A stretch of 64,000 nt of DNA, taken from NCBI GenBank assembly GCA_965113315.1, contig OZ220371.1, one strand, 5' to 3'. Source of the DNA: Podarcis vaucheri (taxonomy: Eukaryota). The translations under genes and the position numbers were made by a program. Shown here piece after piece: positions 23,948-63,485 of the stretch. Within the stretch, counting starts at the first letter, position 1; each line of letters opens with the position of its first letter. A model generated the notes under the pieces. It did no database searches. It had not been told where the DNA came from and saw only the letters and a program-made list of their open reading frames with translations.

Positions 23948-24539
23948 TATTCAATTAACTGAGGTTCTACCCCCCAACCAAAGCCTGCCCCCCCATAATG
24001 TCCTATTTTGGGGGGTATATTTACCCATGATTTCTCAAAAAGCTCAACAACCTTGGTATCCTAGCTATGCCCATGGTCTCTGAAGTGAACTGTTTTCACT
24101 AGAAACCTCATCTGTGCCACTCCATAAATGTTTCTGGTCAGAGTAAATTGTAGGCCAAAGGCTTCACACCATAATGTATACTTTGCATAGCAACTGCCAC
24201 CTCCACCCCGTCGTCCCACTAACAACCATGTTTTCCCAAGATGCAAAACTTTATTACTATTGTATAAGTAATATATATATTGGACAACAGGAACACTTAA
24301 TATTTGTTTGCTTATGCAATACGATTGAGTTGTAGTGTTTCTCTTAATTTTTCCCCCTTTTACTATTATTTGCTCATCAGGCGCCTGGGAGCCCTATTTC
24401 AATAATTAACCAATCTCTCTCTGTGGATTTTCAATTCGTTGCTTAATTTATTTCTGCATAACAATATCTAGGCTGCTGGGCCGGCCTCTGTCATGTTAGG
24501 CCACTCCCAGAAATACTTTTTCCAAAGTCACATGTTCCT

Positions 24540-50809
<26,270 letters not shown>

Positions 50810-53800
50810 GTTTTGCATTTCTTTCAGTCCATTAAAAGCAGTGCAAGTAATCAGAGGGTCCATCTTTCTTTTATGTCTGATTCACACTACAGATGTTCAG
50901 TTAGTCAACTTTCTGTCCTTTGTTCTTTGCAGTAGGTTTGAAAGTGTTTTTCTATTTGAGTGCATTCCCATTGTTCATTCCATGATACCGCTTATGTGGA
51001 GCGTTAGTTGAATGTAGATTGTAAAAGTCAGTTTAAGCTTTCCCGATATATTTTATATCAAATAGGCAGAATTGCTATATAAATGACAACAATCTACCTT
51101 ATTTAAAGCTTTTATTGTGGGTAAGCCTCTGCTCCTTTATTCAGGAAAGGCCACTGTATTGCACTACTGATGCTGAAGTCTAGATCTCTGCATCTTTATT
51201 TTGGAAGATATTGGATTTGATGTGGCTTAAATATTGCCACTTGAAGCACTGACCTTTTTCTAGTTGTTGTACTGTTCTAATTTAAATATTAAAATAGAGG
51301 TTAGCTGGCAAATTAGTTACTCTTGTTGATGTACCATGAAAACTGTAAGAACCTTGTAGACAAAACATCCAAGGCTTGAAAGGAGCTCATAGCAGCAGCA
51401 TTCTTTGTCATAAGCCTTAGCAACATGACTCAAAATAAAGCTCATGGTCTCCGTGTACACACAGTCCTATATATCATATTCTGTGTTGATGCTGAGGACA
51501 CTGTTTAAAGTTGTAATAGTATGAAACGTTAGTGAAAGTTTGAAGGCCATAACTGGGGACTCACTCATGTTTTCATTTCTCTTAATTACCTCCAGACTTG
51601 CTAATTTAGCTTAATTTTGAATGCTGCCTATGCATGTTCTTTAAATATGTCCTCCTCAGAATTAAAAGTGGAAAATATACACACATTAACTGGTAATTGA
51701 TCTCTGTCAGTGTTCCTTACTGAAATACTTCTACCATTTCTCTTGGCCAAATTATCTTCTATTTTTGTTTCTGTGTTTAGAAAAGGAACACAACAAAAGT
51801 CACAAAATCTGTCAGCAATGGTCCCAAGCATCCTTTGGCATCCATAAAAAACTCAGCCCAAAGATACATTCATGCAACCAATGTTCCAAATTTGCATTGC
51901 TTTTAACTTGATTCTACTATTACAGTTTTAAGCCTAAAAATTAATCAAAGGAGATAATAAATCAACTACCTTGAAATATGAGCAAATTGGGGTCAAAAGA
52001 ACTCATAATGAACAGACATCCTTCATGAGTAACCCAGTTTTTGGCTTAAATGTTGCCTTTGTTACATTAGCAGAGTTTTGCTTCTCTTTTTCCACAACTA
52101 CTATGCAAGTTCTATTACAGTTTGTTTCAAGTTACTCGGTCATTTCTTACAGTTTTTTGTGCACCAGGTTCCATGCAGAAAGGTTTTCCACTCTGTTTTG
52201 TATTTTCCCCCAAATCTCAGATTTTAACAGATTAGTGAGTATTGTAGGCAGAATTTCTTTTAGTTGTGCAATGTACAATATCTCCATAATGTTACTAAAT
52301 GTTTTACCATTCTCTAGGGTTTCTGTGGTACTAATCCAAAGTGATTGCAGGGTGATAGGCAGACTTCACAAAAAAGAGGCCCTTTTGAAATGCTATCAAA
52401 GTTCTCTGTCCAGGATTTGACAGGTTTTTTCTGAGGCTTTGACTTCGGTTGACTTTACCAGACATTCCTGTACTGGACTTCATTTTTCAGGCTTTTAACT
52501 AGCTTTCTTCAGGGCAGAAAGAAGGATATGTTGCTGCTTAAGCCATTTTCTGAGCTTCCCTTGGGACTATGAGGTTGGACGTGTGGAATCCTAGCTTTCT
52601 TGTACACTCCTTTCTGCAACTTTCACACCAATAGGTTGATTTTGGGATGGCTGTGAAACAGGACGCTGAATAACAGAGATCTTCATCTGGTCTGTTTAGA
52701 AGTACCAGAACAATGCAAGAAAAGGGGGTTTTGTTTGCTTGTTTTAAACACTCTTAAGATTTACTGAGTACAGTGAGGAGGCTTAGCACCCAAGTGTACC
52801 ACACCCCTTTCAGATGCCTCAGCAAACTAATCCACCTACTGCCATCTTAATAATGAGTGGTGCAGATGTTTTCTCTTTGTCCCCCATAACAAGATCTCAT
52901 GCAAGTGGAATTCCTTGTCAACTGGAAGAAGCCAGTTGAAATTACTCAACATTTAGGGGCAATTGTGGATTCTATCTTTCAAGACATTGTTACTGAATAA
53001 TATACGGGGTTGGGTGGGAGAAGAAGACTGGGGTCATTCAGTATTCAGTCTTCCATGGATCAGGATCCTTTCTTGAGCTTGGGTCTTTAGTGGATTTCCT
53101 ACCTCCTTGCCAAGAGATGCTTGCAGAAAACTTAGTGCTTACCCCATTTTATGCCAATCTGCCAGCTAGATAAAATGCTTGTTTTTTCAAAAAATGTGAA
53201 GGAAAGAATTAAACTTATTATTGTGTTAGGCTTTGTACACTGGTGGATACTTGGAAGCCTGCTTTATTGGGAGGGATTAGGAGTCACTTTCTCCTATTTG
53301 CCCCTGCCATAAGTCTGTCTTATGACACCAGTGGAGCATAACCCTATTTTACAGTGTTTGATAGATAACCCAAAGGAAGTCAAATCACAGATAAGCAGCC
53401 GATTACTGTTTTTATGACCAATACCTAGGATAATGGATTATGCAATTTTGCTACATTCTTTTGACCTGTATTTTTCTCTTATATGTGGAACTAGTGATGT
53501 CCTTGCAGTCAATTTAGCACAGGCATTCATGGGATGAGACCATTCCTTCCAGACTTCCAGCAGCTTCAGGGTGAGGTAAACTCTTCATGTGCATATTCAA
53601 GCATATTCTGAATTCAGTTTCTGGTACGTCACGCTGACTTCGTAATGACTTACTCTAAACAAATGAATTCTGTATACTAAAGTGATTATTGGTTACAGAG
53701 AGCTGTGTATAAAATGTCCAAGCTAGAATATTGATGTGGAAAAGTATGGCAGAAAAGAATGGTCTGTTACAGCATTAGAAACCCCCTGCTCATATCTTCA

Positions 53801-55185
53801 GGGATGAAGCATGGTTCCCACCAAATTATTTAAGGAAATGTTGCTCAGATTAGAAAGGAGGTTGTACACTTTTGCAATTGTTCTTTATCCCATGATTTGT
53901 TGCAGAAAAATATTCCTTTAATGAAAAGGTACAAAGATGGAACCTTGTTTGTATTAATAGTAATCCAGCAGCGTAGGCATATGGAGTTTGCCCAGAATTC
54001 ATTCAAAAAGTTTCTAAGCTGGCCTTCCAGGGGTTTTCTTCACTTTTCCATACTTTTTCTTCAAAGTAGTTTGAGTGCTTTGCAGGGGAAGCTGTTAAAT
54101 CAAAACCACCCTATTAAAGTGTGACATATATGTAAAGCTTCTTGGTGAACGTGGACTCTTTCTTTTTGGGATAGAAATGCTAGATTTTTCAATGCATCTC
54201 TTTACATTTTACGGCATGGGTTTAGCTTTATACACCTTTCTGTTTCTGAGTGAACATTATTTCTAAGTTGCAGACTATATGTAACGAAAGCACTGTTCAT
54301 ACTTTTGGCTTATGTTTAGCATTTTGAGTAATTTTAAAGTACGTTTTAAGTGTTAATATACTAGACCATGGACTGAATGATACAGTATGTACCCTAAGTC
54401 ACAATGGTATGTCAACAGGTGCTAGAACTCATGAGGCACAGTATCACATGACCTGTGGAGCTAAGTATCTTCTTAAAACAATAAGAATGGATTTGGCCTC
54501 TCCAGTTTAGGCTTAATAGAGGATAGTGCCTTGTATCTGAGATAAATTAAATTTCTTCTCCATCATGTCCCTGTGGTTCACTGTGACTTCAGTAGTTAGT
54601 TAGTGTAGTTAAATGTGTCTGGGATGGGGTATTTGCATGCTACTGAGAATGAAAAACACACGAGCAAAGTGCTTAGTGAATATCAGGAAGGCAGACTGAG
54701 CAGTTTTGCATAGTCTGCTTTTTTTTCCTCCTGTCTACTTTCTGCCCACTTCTGGTTGAGGATGATGTTGAACATGAGTGATGGGGAAAAATTAATTAGC
54801 AACTTTGTTTTACTCCCCCAGTGGCTTATATGCATGAGTTATCTCTTATCTCACAACAGCAAATTAGTGGTACTGTCTGCTTTTGTTCAGCTCCTATTTT
54901 CAAGAGTGGGCACTACTTTAATCCTTTTGGAAATATATCTCCACCTAACACCAGTAATTATAGTTTTATAGATTCATTATTCATAGTCATGCCACCAGGA
55001 ATTATAATTTCACTCCATACGTCATGTCCTTCTGCATTGATGCCTGCTCACGTTAACTGGTTATTCCTTCATCTTCCAAGGCCCTTACCTAAAAAAAATG
55101 GAACCCACCATTTAAATCAGGGATGATGGGAGTTGTAGTCCAACAAGATCTGAAGGGCCATGGATTACCCAGCCATGATTTAAGC

Positions 55186-55321
55186 CAGGCGTAGGCAAAC
55201 TCTGGCCCTCCAGATGTTTGGGACTACAATTCCCATCATCCATAACCCATGTTCCTGTTAGCTAGGGATGATGGCAATTGTTGTCCCAAACATCTGGAGG
55301 GCCGGAGTTTGCCTATGCCTG
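55186..55321. mobile_element. Fold-back hAT-type MITE with 8-bp TSD
   Basis: Near-perfect inverted arms of about 55 bp start CAGGCGTAGGCAAACTC and end GAGTTTGCCTATGCCTG. The flanks are ATTTAAGC and ATTTAAGT. Confidence 0.85.
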
Positions 55322-56864
55322 ATTTAAGTGGCTAGTTTCTCACTTAAATTTGGTGTAAATTTAAATTGGCCACAATTCAATTATAGGTATTTATTTATCT
55401 GAGTCGGAATGCAGGCCTTGGTACTAGTTTGGGGGAGGGGTATGAATCCTTGGGGGATATGAATGAAAGAATCGGCTGTGTGCCTGGATTCAAAATGCAG
55501 GGCTGAATGAACTCTCCAGCAGGAAAGAGCCCCCAGTATCAGAGTTTAAACTCACAAAAGTCAAGCAGCACTATTGCATGGGAATATAGGCTATTAAACC
55601 CTTTTCATAACCCATTTAGTTGCACACATCACTCCTCTCTTTTTACCCCTCTGGCAATGAACAAACCACACACTGTTAGCTTAAAAAGCTTTACTTACAA
55701 AATGTTCCAAAAGTCAGATTCATGCATTTATCGAAGCAGCAGCAAGGAGAAGACAGAATATACAGAATGAAAACTTCAAACGCATGCCCTAAGCTTGCTC
55801 CTTGATCAGAGAGAGAACAGGAAGAGAAGGCTTCGCTTCCTAGCACATCAGAGAAGAGGGTGTGTGACATAGCCAAGTCTGGGAATACAGGTCTATTTTC
55901 TTAACCCATTCATGCAGTGACTAATATGCCCCCGCTCCATTGCTACTTAAATTAAGTAGGTATCTTACAAAAATCAGCAGATTAATAGGCCATAATTCAC
56001 AGTACAAGCTTCTCTACAGAGCTGTTATCCTACAGACCAATGTTGTCGTTTTTTGAGTTACCTTTCTGTATAAGTGGAAACTTTCCTGCTATCTTCCTTT
56101 CTTGCACACAGACACAATACACACAGAGAGATACCTAAGGTTCCAAAACAAGACTGTTTTATTTCCAGCCTTGCTTCAGAAGAGCTACTTTAAACAGCAG
56201 TTAGAATACCCAAGGCTGCCAGCTAGCAAGTTCAAGTCAGAAGTGTAAAATCATATTATGAAGAATGATCTTTGCAATTTCAAATTCATTTCCACAGTTT
56301 GGAATTTGGAATGGGTTCCTGTGAATATATTAGTATGTATGAGGAGGACAGAGGCTTGCTAAATTGCATTGCCCAATTAAAAAAAACACCATTTGCTATT
56401 TTGTTAGGATAAATTTGTGAATAGCAAAATGGTACAATTCTTGTAAGCTGCAAGGTGACTCCATTTAGTTTTCTCATAACAGGCATGTACCTCAAAACAC
56501 AGAAAAATGAAGGTGTGAATTGGGGAAATCAGTTCACCATAACGGAAGCTGAAGCTAAAGTCAATCAGCTGCCATGGCCAGGGTTCTACAGTCATTTTAT
56601 ATTTAGCAAGTGTTTTCTTATGTAAATGTGTCTCCATGGGACAGGAGTGTGTTCAGCTTGGATAACCTTATAGCAGTGTTTAAGTATGCAAAGTGTTTAT
56701 ATGTAAAGGATGGAATCCTTCATAGTTACATCATGCACAAATGGATGAATATGTCAGTTGATTTCCAAGTGGCAACACTTATTTACCAGAGATTGTGTGT
56801 AAAAATTTATAATAAATATTTAAATCTACTTCTTGAACCAGAAGTGATGTTCCCCTGAGACTTT

Positions 56865-56870
56865 TTTATT
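56865..56870 (-). terminator. Candidate poly(A) signal of the WD40 gene
   Basis: AATAAA on the minus strand about 230 nt after the TAA stop. Confidence 0.45.
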
Positions 56871-57101
56871 GCCACTAGTTTCAGCTTAATCTGCTACTGT
56901 AATACAGTAATCGTCCTAACCAATGGGATTATTGTCCACGAAGAGGACTGATCTCTTAACAGCCATCAAAGTTCTTTGGTCAGAAAAAAACACATCAGCA
57001 CACTTTATAAATTCTGCTTGCTTTTTACACATCATACATTTGAGAAAAGTTGCTTGGTTGCTTAAAGGCGGCCTCTGCCCTGCAGCCTGTCCAAGAAGCT
57101 G

Positions 57102-60100
57102 TTAAATTTCCAACTGAAATGGGTCATCAAGTTCTGCTGCTAGATTTGGTTTGTGGAAGGCAAGCTGTGTGTCGGCTAACTCACACAGTGGAAGAGAGTG
57201 ATAAGAATTTATTCGGTTTGCATCATGTTGAATAGGTTTCCACTGGAACTGCTTTGACCTGAAAGATAAATGGTGTGCTGTTTTCTTTCTGGCTAGTAGT
57301 TGTAAGAGGGATACGTTTCCAAATGACATAAAATTAAGACTTCTTAAATTTGAGAAATTAGATGAGGGAATGGGGAGAGAATAGATTATATGGATAGCTA
57401 GGAGTCTGGGAAACTTCTAACAAGGCACACAAAGGGAATGGTAGATGCAAAAAGCAGCTTTGAGAAATACATGTTGCTACTGTATCGCACACAGAGTCTG
57501 TGCACTTGAGTATGGACTCATCTGTCAACACAATTTAATTTTCAGTTGTCCTGTGTATTTTATAGAGTGCAGCATTCTATTATGCCATGCAAGACTTGCA
57601 TATCTGTTAGGCTAACCTAGTATGGGCCAGTATGTTGTCGGTGAATAAAGAGGATTTAAATTCAAGTTGTACACACCTGTGTAGTCTGTCTATCTGCCTT
57701 TGCTTCAGTTCTTCAGCAAGTTCATCATCTATTACCATCTTTGAAGTGCAAGTGTCCCAAATCATCTATGGGATAACATACCAGTCATTTAGGCTGGGTA
57801 GAGAAGTGCCCTCAAAGTACACAGGGAGCAATGATTTCCCAGAAAATAAAGGTTTTTGGTGAAACAGCAACTATAATTACAATGCTTTCCCAGAAGGGAG
57901 AAAGGGTTTGTGGGGTGAGTTGGTGACACAATTGTGCGGTATAATTTTAGCTTCGAAGCAAAGGGCGATAGTAGCAGTAGGACTAAGAAAAGGTAGTAAA
58001 ATGGTTGCAAGGTAGTAAAATACTTTCTAGAAGAAGAAGAAGAAGAAGAAGAAGAAGAAGAAGAAGAAGAAGAGGAGTTTGGATTTGATATCCCGCCTTT
58101 CACTCCCTTTAAGGAGTCTCAAAGCGGCTAACATTCTCCTTTCCCTTCCTCCCCCACAACAAACACTCTGTGAGGTGAGTGGGGCTGAGAGACTTCAAAG
58201 AAGTGTGACTGGCCCAAGGTCACCCAGCAGCTGCATGTGGAGGAGCGGAGACGCGAACCCGGTTCCCCTGATTACAAGACTACCGCTCTTAACCACTACA
58301 CCACACTGGCATATATTACAGATCAAATGTTATTTTTTGGCTCCAAAAGTAACAAAGTATTGTGTATAACGTGTTTAGCCATTAAATTATGTTTGGTATG
58401 TTAAAAGAACATAAATAAAAAGTAAATTTGATTTGAAATTATTTTGTTACAAAGAGCTAGAAGCTGCTGAACTGTAAGGAACCTAGCATCTCATTCTTAA
58501 AATTTAAGAGGAGCAGGCAAAAAAAAAATTAGCAAAACCAGGATAAGCCAACATAATAGTTTTTTAAAAAAAAATATTCTGAAAATTATGCTGTTTTCCA
58601 GTCCCTCCACGTGGCAAGCAGGCATAAACATTCATTTCCATAAAAAGAGCTGAGAAGAAGGCAGAGGACCAATACAGTACTCAATGAACACTTCATTAAA
58701 TTTTATCCCATTTTCTGATTCTTCATCTTTTTCATTATACTTATCAGAGGCTTGCAAAAATCGCAGATTTGTCCAGATTAAAAAAGCTATGCAGTTTCAC
58801 ATCTCAAGAGCTATTGAGCATGGGGAGGGGGAGTATACTGTTGAGTATTTCATGGGCTGCAGGCCACTTCATCAGATACATGAAATTTTATCCTTAATTA
58901 TCAAGAATATAATATACCTGATTTGGGGACAGGAGCCAGATGGCAATGAAGCCAAATGCTAATGTAAAGAAAAGACAATGGGAGATAGCTAATTTTTAAT
59001 CATAGTGGACCTTTTGAAATTAATGGACCTAACTTAGTCATGCTCATTAATTTCAATGTGTCTGCTCTAAATAAAACTCAAATACTGCCCAGTGATGATA
59101 ATATTCCTACCTCAGCATCCATTTTGGATTTCTTCTGTGTGTCAAAGGTTCTTGTAGATTCGTGTCCAAAAGAATCACAGCTATTTTCTGAACTCGGGTT
59201 GGATTCTGATAGTCCCCAAGATGACTTCTCTTTTATGTTCCATGGTTCTCTTTGACCAAATGTACCTTTTTTTAATTAAAAAAAAGTAAAGTTACTTTAA
59301 AATGTTATACTTGACTACCTCAGAATCTTCTCTGTTATGCATATATTCAACTTTTACTTGCATGTAGACAAAGGACTCTATCCAACCAAGTTGTCCTGTT
59401 AGATAAAAACATCTGCCTGCGCAATGAAATTTCTGCTCCCTTCCTCCCCCAACCAATCTTCTCCAAAGGGTTGGAGAAAACCACAGGACAGATTTGGGAG
59501 GACAACAAGAGAGTAAAGGAAGAGGAAGTCCCATTGTGCAGGTGGAAGACCTGCTAACTGAATAACTTGATTGGATACAACCCAAAATAAAGCTTTCAAA
59601 AAACCAAAACCACTGTTACAGTACTCGGGAATGAACAACCACATAAGAACATAACGAGAGCTTGCAGGATCAGACCAATGGCCCACCTAGACAAGCATCC
59701 TGTTCGCATAGTGGACACCTAGAGCATGCCTGTGGGAGACCTGCAAGCCGGACCTGAGCACAAGAGCAATCTCCAGCCCTATGCTTTCCAGAGACGTGTG
59801 CAAAAGCATTACGGCCTCAACCGTGGAGGACAAGCAGTAGCCATCATGGTTAGTAGCAATTGATAAGACTTCTGCTCCGTGACGATGCAGTGGTGATGGT
59901 TCCGTTCCAGATGCAATCAGAGAAAGTTTGATGTGGCAAAACAGGATAGGGGTATGTGGGTTGCAGACAGATCGTGCAGTGTGTGTATAGTTATCAGTTT
60001 GTGGGTGCAACAACTCCTTATTCCTGGGTCCAACAAGTGTTAAAATGTAAGCCAGGCTAGATTCGTGATGAGATTAAGAGAACATAGGATTAAGGGGGCT

Positions 60101-62783
60101 CTGTGCAATACAGCAAATAGGTAGGGCCCCTCCCTCAACTCACAGATAGAACGCCAAAAGCCAGAGTTTAGAGTTGAGTTTGGTTGTGTTGTGACCGAGA
60201 AGAAAAGCAGAAAGGCAGAGCACGATGTTTGATTTCTGTTTGAATTCAAGGCTGCTGCTATGGAGGAAACAATACTCTCTTGGGTTGTTGATGCTGTGAA
60301 CCCCTCCACTGTAGGCTTAAGTTGTATATATGTGTAAATAAACCATATATCAAAGAGACCACAGCTTCCACTGTACTCATTACCAAAAGGAAACATGAAC
60401 CCTGGGTAAGAGCCTGGAATCTCACACTGCTGGGAGATTGGAGTGGTGTGTAATAATGTATATGTATTTCCACCTAAAATTAAATCTTACCTATATATTC
60501 CCCTTTTAGGCTCCACAACTTTGCATTGTAGTCTAAAGAAGTAGTGAGGAGAAGCTGGTGCTCATTCATAAGGCTGATGCTACTCCATTGGAAAAAGAAA
60601 ATGGGTTTAATTTGTTATATTGACAACTGCTCTGAAAATAGGCACTGCTGCGGAATTTCCTTACTCTCTTAAACATCTTGTTTCTCAAGTTCTTTCCACA
60701 GCTAGAATGGCAATACTCGTAGAACTCCTCAATGCCAAACCATACCCACATGCCCAACATGCGACATCATATGTGATGTCACGTGTGGGGCAAATAAAGA
60801 TGCAGTTGAGCCAAAAGGGGGATACATGCCATACACAGTACTTTGCCAGCGCAGACAACTGACTGATGCTCAGGACTTGCAAAGCACAGTGCTGATTGTT
60901 GTGGCTTGCAATGGTGCTATGGAAAAACAGATCACCTATTGATATTGTGGTGTCATGTGCCTTTCAAATGCCGTTGTGATGTTGTGTGCCTTTCAAAGTT
61001 GGCCCATGGGGGAGGGGGAGATAAGCACCCAATCCACTGGCTGAATCCAGCTCCCCACTGCTCTTCTACAGGGTCTGTGCTTTCTTACCCAAGCAGGCAG
61101 TGCAGGCAAAAGAGCTAAACTGCCACCACCAGTGCACCATGAGAAGGTGGCCTAAAATGGAAGTAAAGGGAGCTTGTCCCCAATGGATTCACCAGCTCCT
61201 AATCTTTCCTCATGGGCCTTGTTTTCCTCAGCGTGTCTTACCCGGTTATGCTGCAGTTGTGAGTGTTCCAGCTGCGAAGTACTATTTGAAAAAAAGAAGG
61301 AGGGGAGACTAAGGTAAGGACATACTGTACACTCGGGAGCAAATATGAAACTTTTGGGTTTTGAATAAAAATGTTTCTCTCACAAACTGGTGGCTTGGCT
61401 TCTGGGCCATTAATGGCATATTCTGCAATGTTCCAGATATGGAGAAAGCCCAGTTGGTCTCCTGCACACAAGAGGAAGTCCTTGTCATCAACTGCCATGT
61501 CACTGACTGTGGATCTCTCTTTTGACTGCAAGCAAGGAAATAATAATAATCATACATACTGTACATACATACATACAATCATGTAACAAACTCATCCGTT
61601 AGCTGCTGGATTGTAGAAGCTTCAGTACTAAAGTTGTGGCGGAAATGTCCTTTAAGCGATGCATTATTTTATTTTTACTCTCTTTCAAGAGGGAGGACTA
61701 ACAGCATAATTCTGTGATGATGTTCTCAGAAATAAATTCAACCAAGTTCAATGGAACTCGCTCCCTGCCCTGCCTAGAAGGGTGTGTTGGATTGAAGCTT
61801 CCTTGCACTCTTAGGAGCACTTCGTTTCTTGTGTCACTTTTGGTGAATGATTAGTTTTGCATTTCAGTTGGTGCATGTGGTGAGATTTTAAGTGCAATTT
61901 CGGCATACACAGGCAGAAGTGCCTACATTTTAAGGCTGTCTTAAGCCAAGCAAACATGTGAAATGCATGCATCCAGCCCAACTATCAATAGGATATTGTT
62001 TACTCTTTATTTTGATTGCACATTATGTTACATATTAGGTTGATTCTAATGTAATACCAACCCATGGTTTTGTGCTATGCAAACAGGTTTGTTGGAGGGA
62101 ATAGGGTTGTGCATGCCCCACACTCTGTATCTCCTAAAGTAACCTGTTGCCCTCAGGGAGGGATACCACTGAGAGTCAGCTCTCAGTCTAGCTAGCTTCT
62201 GTATGTGGAAGCAGCAGGGTGGCATCTTGTCCTTTGTCTCTGATCACAAGATGCCCTGGGCTAGCACTGTCTCTGGGTTCACCTTGATGCTTAGACTACC
62301 ATCATATGAAAAGTCAGAAGAGGATACAGGCAAAGCCCTAATGCACAGAGCAATCCTATGCATATTTACTCAGAAGTCGATCCTACAGCATGCAACGGGG
62401 CTTACTCCCCCAGTAAGTGTAGCTAGCAGGGGTAGGGAACCTATGACATTCCAGATGTTACTGGACTCCAGCATGGATGGTGGTCTGCAAAGATGGGATT
62501 TGTGGTCTAGCAACATCTGGAGGACCACTAGCTACCCAGCCCTGGTGTTTAGGATTGCAACCTAAATGAATGTGTGCCACTTCCAGTTATGAATTATTTA
62601 GTTCTTATTTTGTTTGTTTCCAAACTGTTAGGAATCTCACAGCACTAATAAAAACATACAGAGGCCTTACAAATGGAAATTAGCAACATGTAAAACATTC
62701 TTCCAGAAAATGAGCAGCACTTACATTAGAGAAATAAGCAAAAAGGCTCCCACGGCCATATATATTCCAGAATGCAATATAAC
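57102..62783 (-). CDS. WD40-repeat protein, WDR49/WDR95-like; 3' seven coding exons: 62783-62725, 61525-61384, 61281-61242, 60579-60491, 59265-59111, 57765-57677, 57258-57102 (5' part outside the window)
   Basis: The seven GT-AG exons join in phase into about 242 aa with no internal stop: GYIAFWNIYGRGSLFAYFSN|SKERSTVSDMAVDDKDFLLCAGDQLGFLHIWNIAEYAINGPEAKPPV|LLRSWNTHNCSITG|ISLMNEHQLLLTTSLDYNAKLWSLKGEYIG|TFGQREPWNI...|MIWD...DDELAEELKQRQIDRLHR|SKQF...YHSLPLCEL...KPNLAAELDDPFQLEI*. There are three WD blade ends (FWN, IWN, LWS) and a GEYIGTFGQxxPW motif typical of the WDR49/WDR64/WDR95 group. Confidence 0.85.
58030..58310 (-). mobile_element. tRNA-derived squamate SINE (Squam3-like, L2-type 3' end) with (CTT)n tail
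   Basis: The minus strand begins GCCAGTGTGGTGTAGTGGTTAAGAGC (A box) and has GGGTTCGCGTCTCC (B-box-like). It ends in a (GAA)n run on the plus strand at 58030-58073. Confidence 0.8.
59645..59870 (-). mobile_element. CR1 LINE 3' UTR fragment
   Basis: AAGAACATAA...GGATCAGACCAATGGCCCACCTAG is the reverse complement of a reptilian CR1 3' terminus, and it resembles 27490-27620. Confidence 0.6.
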
Positions 62784-63254
62784 CTGGGAAATAACAGCAA
62801 TCACGGTATCAATAACAGTATCATATAGATGAAAATGAGATTTTCGGCATTCCCCCCTTAAAGTAGAAGAAGTCTGCCCTGTGGTTGGGGGTGGGGTGGG
62901 GGGTGTTGGTTTTCTGCTAGAAACTCTGAAACCTGAATTTTTTTCTCTGTACTGAAATGTTCATTCTGACCCTACAATGGTCACACAATAGGCTCTATAC
63001 TAAGACTATTTCAGAAAGCTTCTACAGATTAACATCCTTCCACAAATCTAGGTACTGATGCAAGGCCAAAGCCTCTTCTCAATATGCAGTTGGCAGAAGG
63101 AAGAAATTTTGAGTTGAATTTCTTAAGAAAGGATCTCCCTTGCTAAAATGCCTGTTTGATCTGAGTGCTTCTTTCAACAGCGCTAATCTTAAGAGGCATT
63201 GCCTCTTAAGTGTCAATGATTGAACAACATCCTGTTAATAATATTTTGTATTTG

Positions 63255-63485
63255 GGTATCACTCTCAGGTGCTTCAAAGTGCTTCCTGTGCATTAGCTAA
63301 CTGTCATCCTTACAGTAACCATGTAAGTCAGGATTATTCTCTCTCATATTGCAAATGGGGGGGGGACTGAAGGAGAGAGGGAGAGACTCTTACCTAAAGC
63401 CATTGAGTTAATGGCGGAGGTGAGTTTTGGACTGGGAGCTCCACCTGATTTGTAGCTCAGTCTCTTGGCCATGGTGCTGCACCAT
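63255..63485 (-). mobile_element. Old MIR/CORE-like SINE
   Basis: ATCCTTACAGTAACCATGTAAG...ATATTGCAAATGGGG...ACTGA...TTACCTAAAGCCA resembles the antisense CORE segment. It is heavily diverged. Confidence 0.5.

Noticed and set aside
51971-52420. 149-aa ORF downstream of HSPA4L
   Set aside because: It has a non-ATG start and a hydrophobic F/S/V bias expected from T-rich UTR sequence, with no recognisable domain or splice context.
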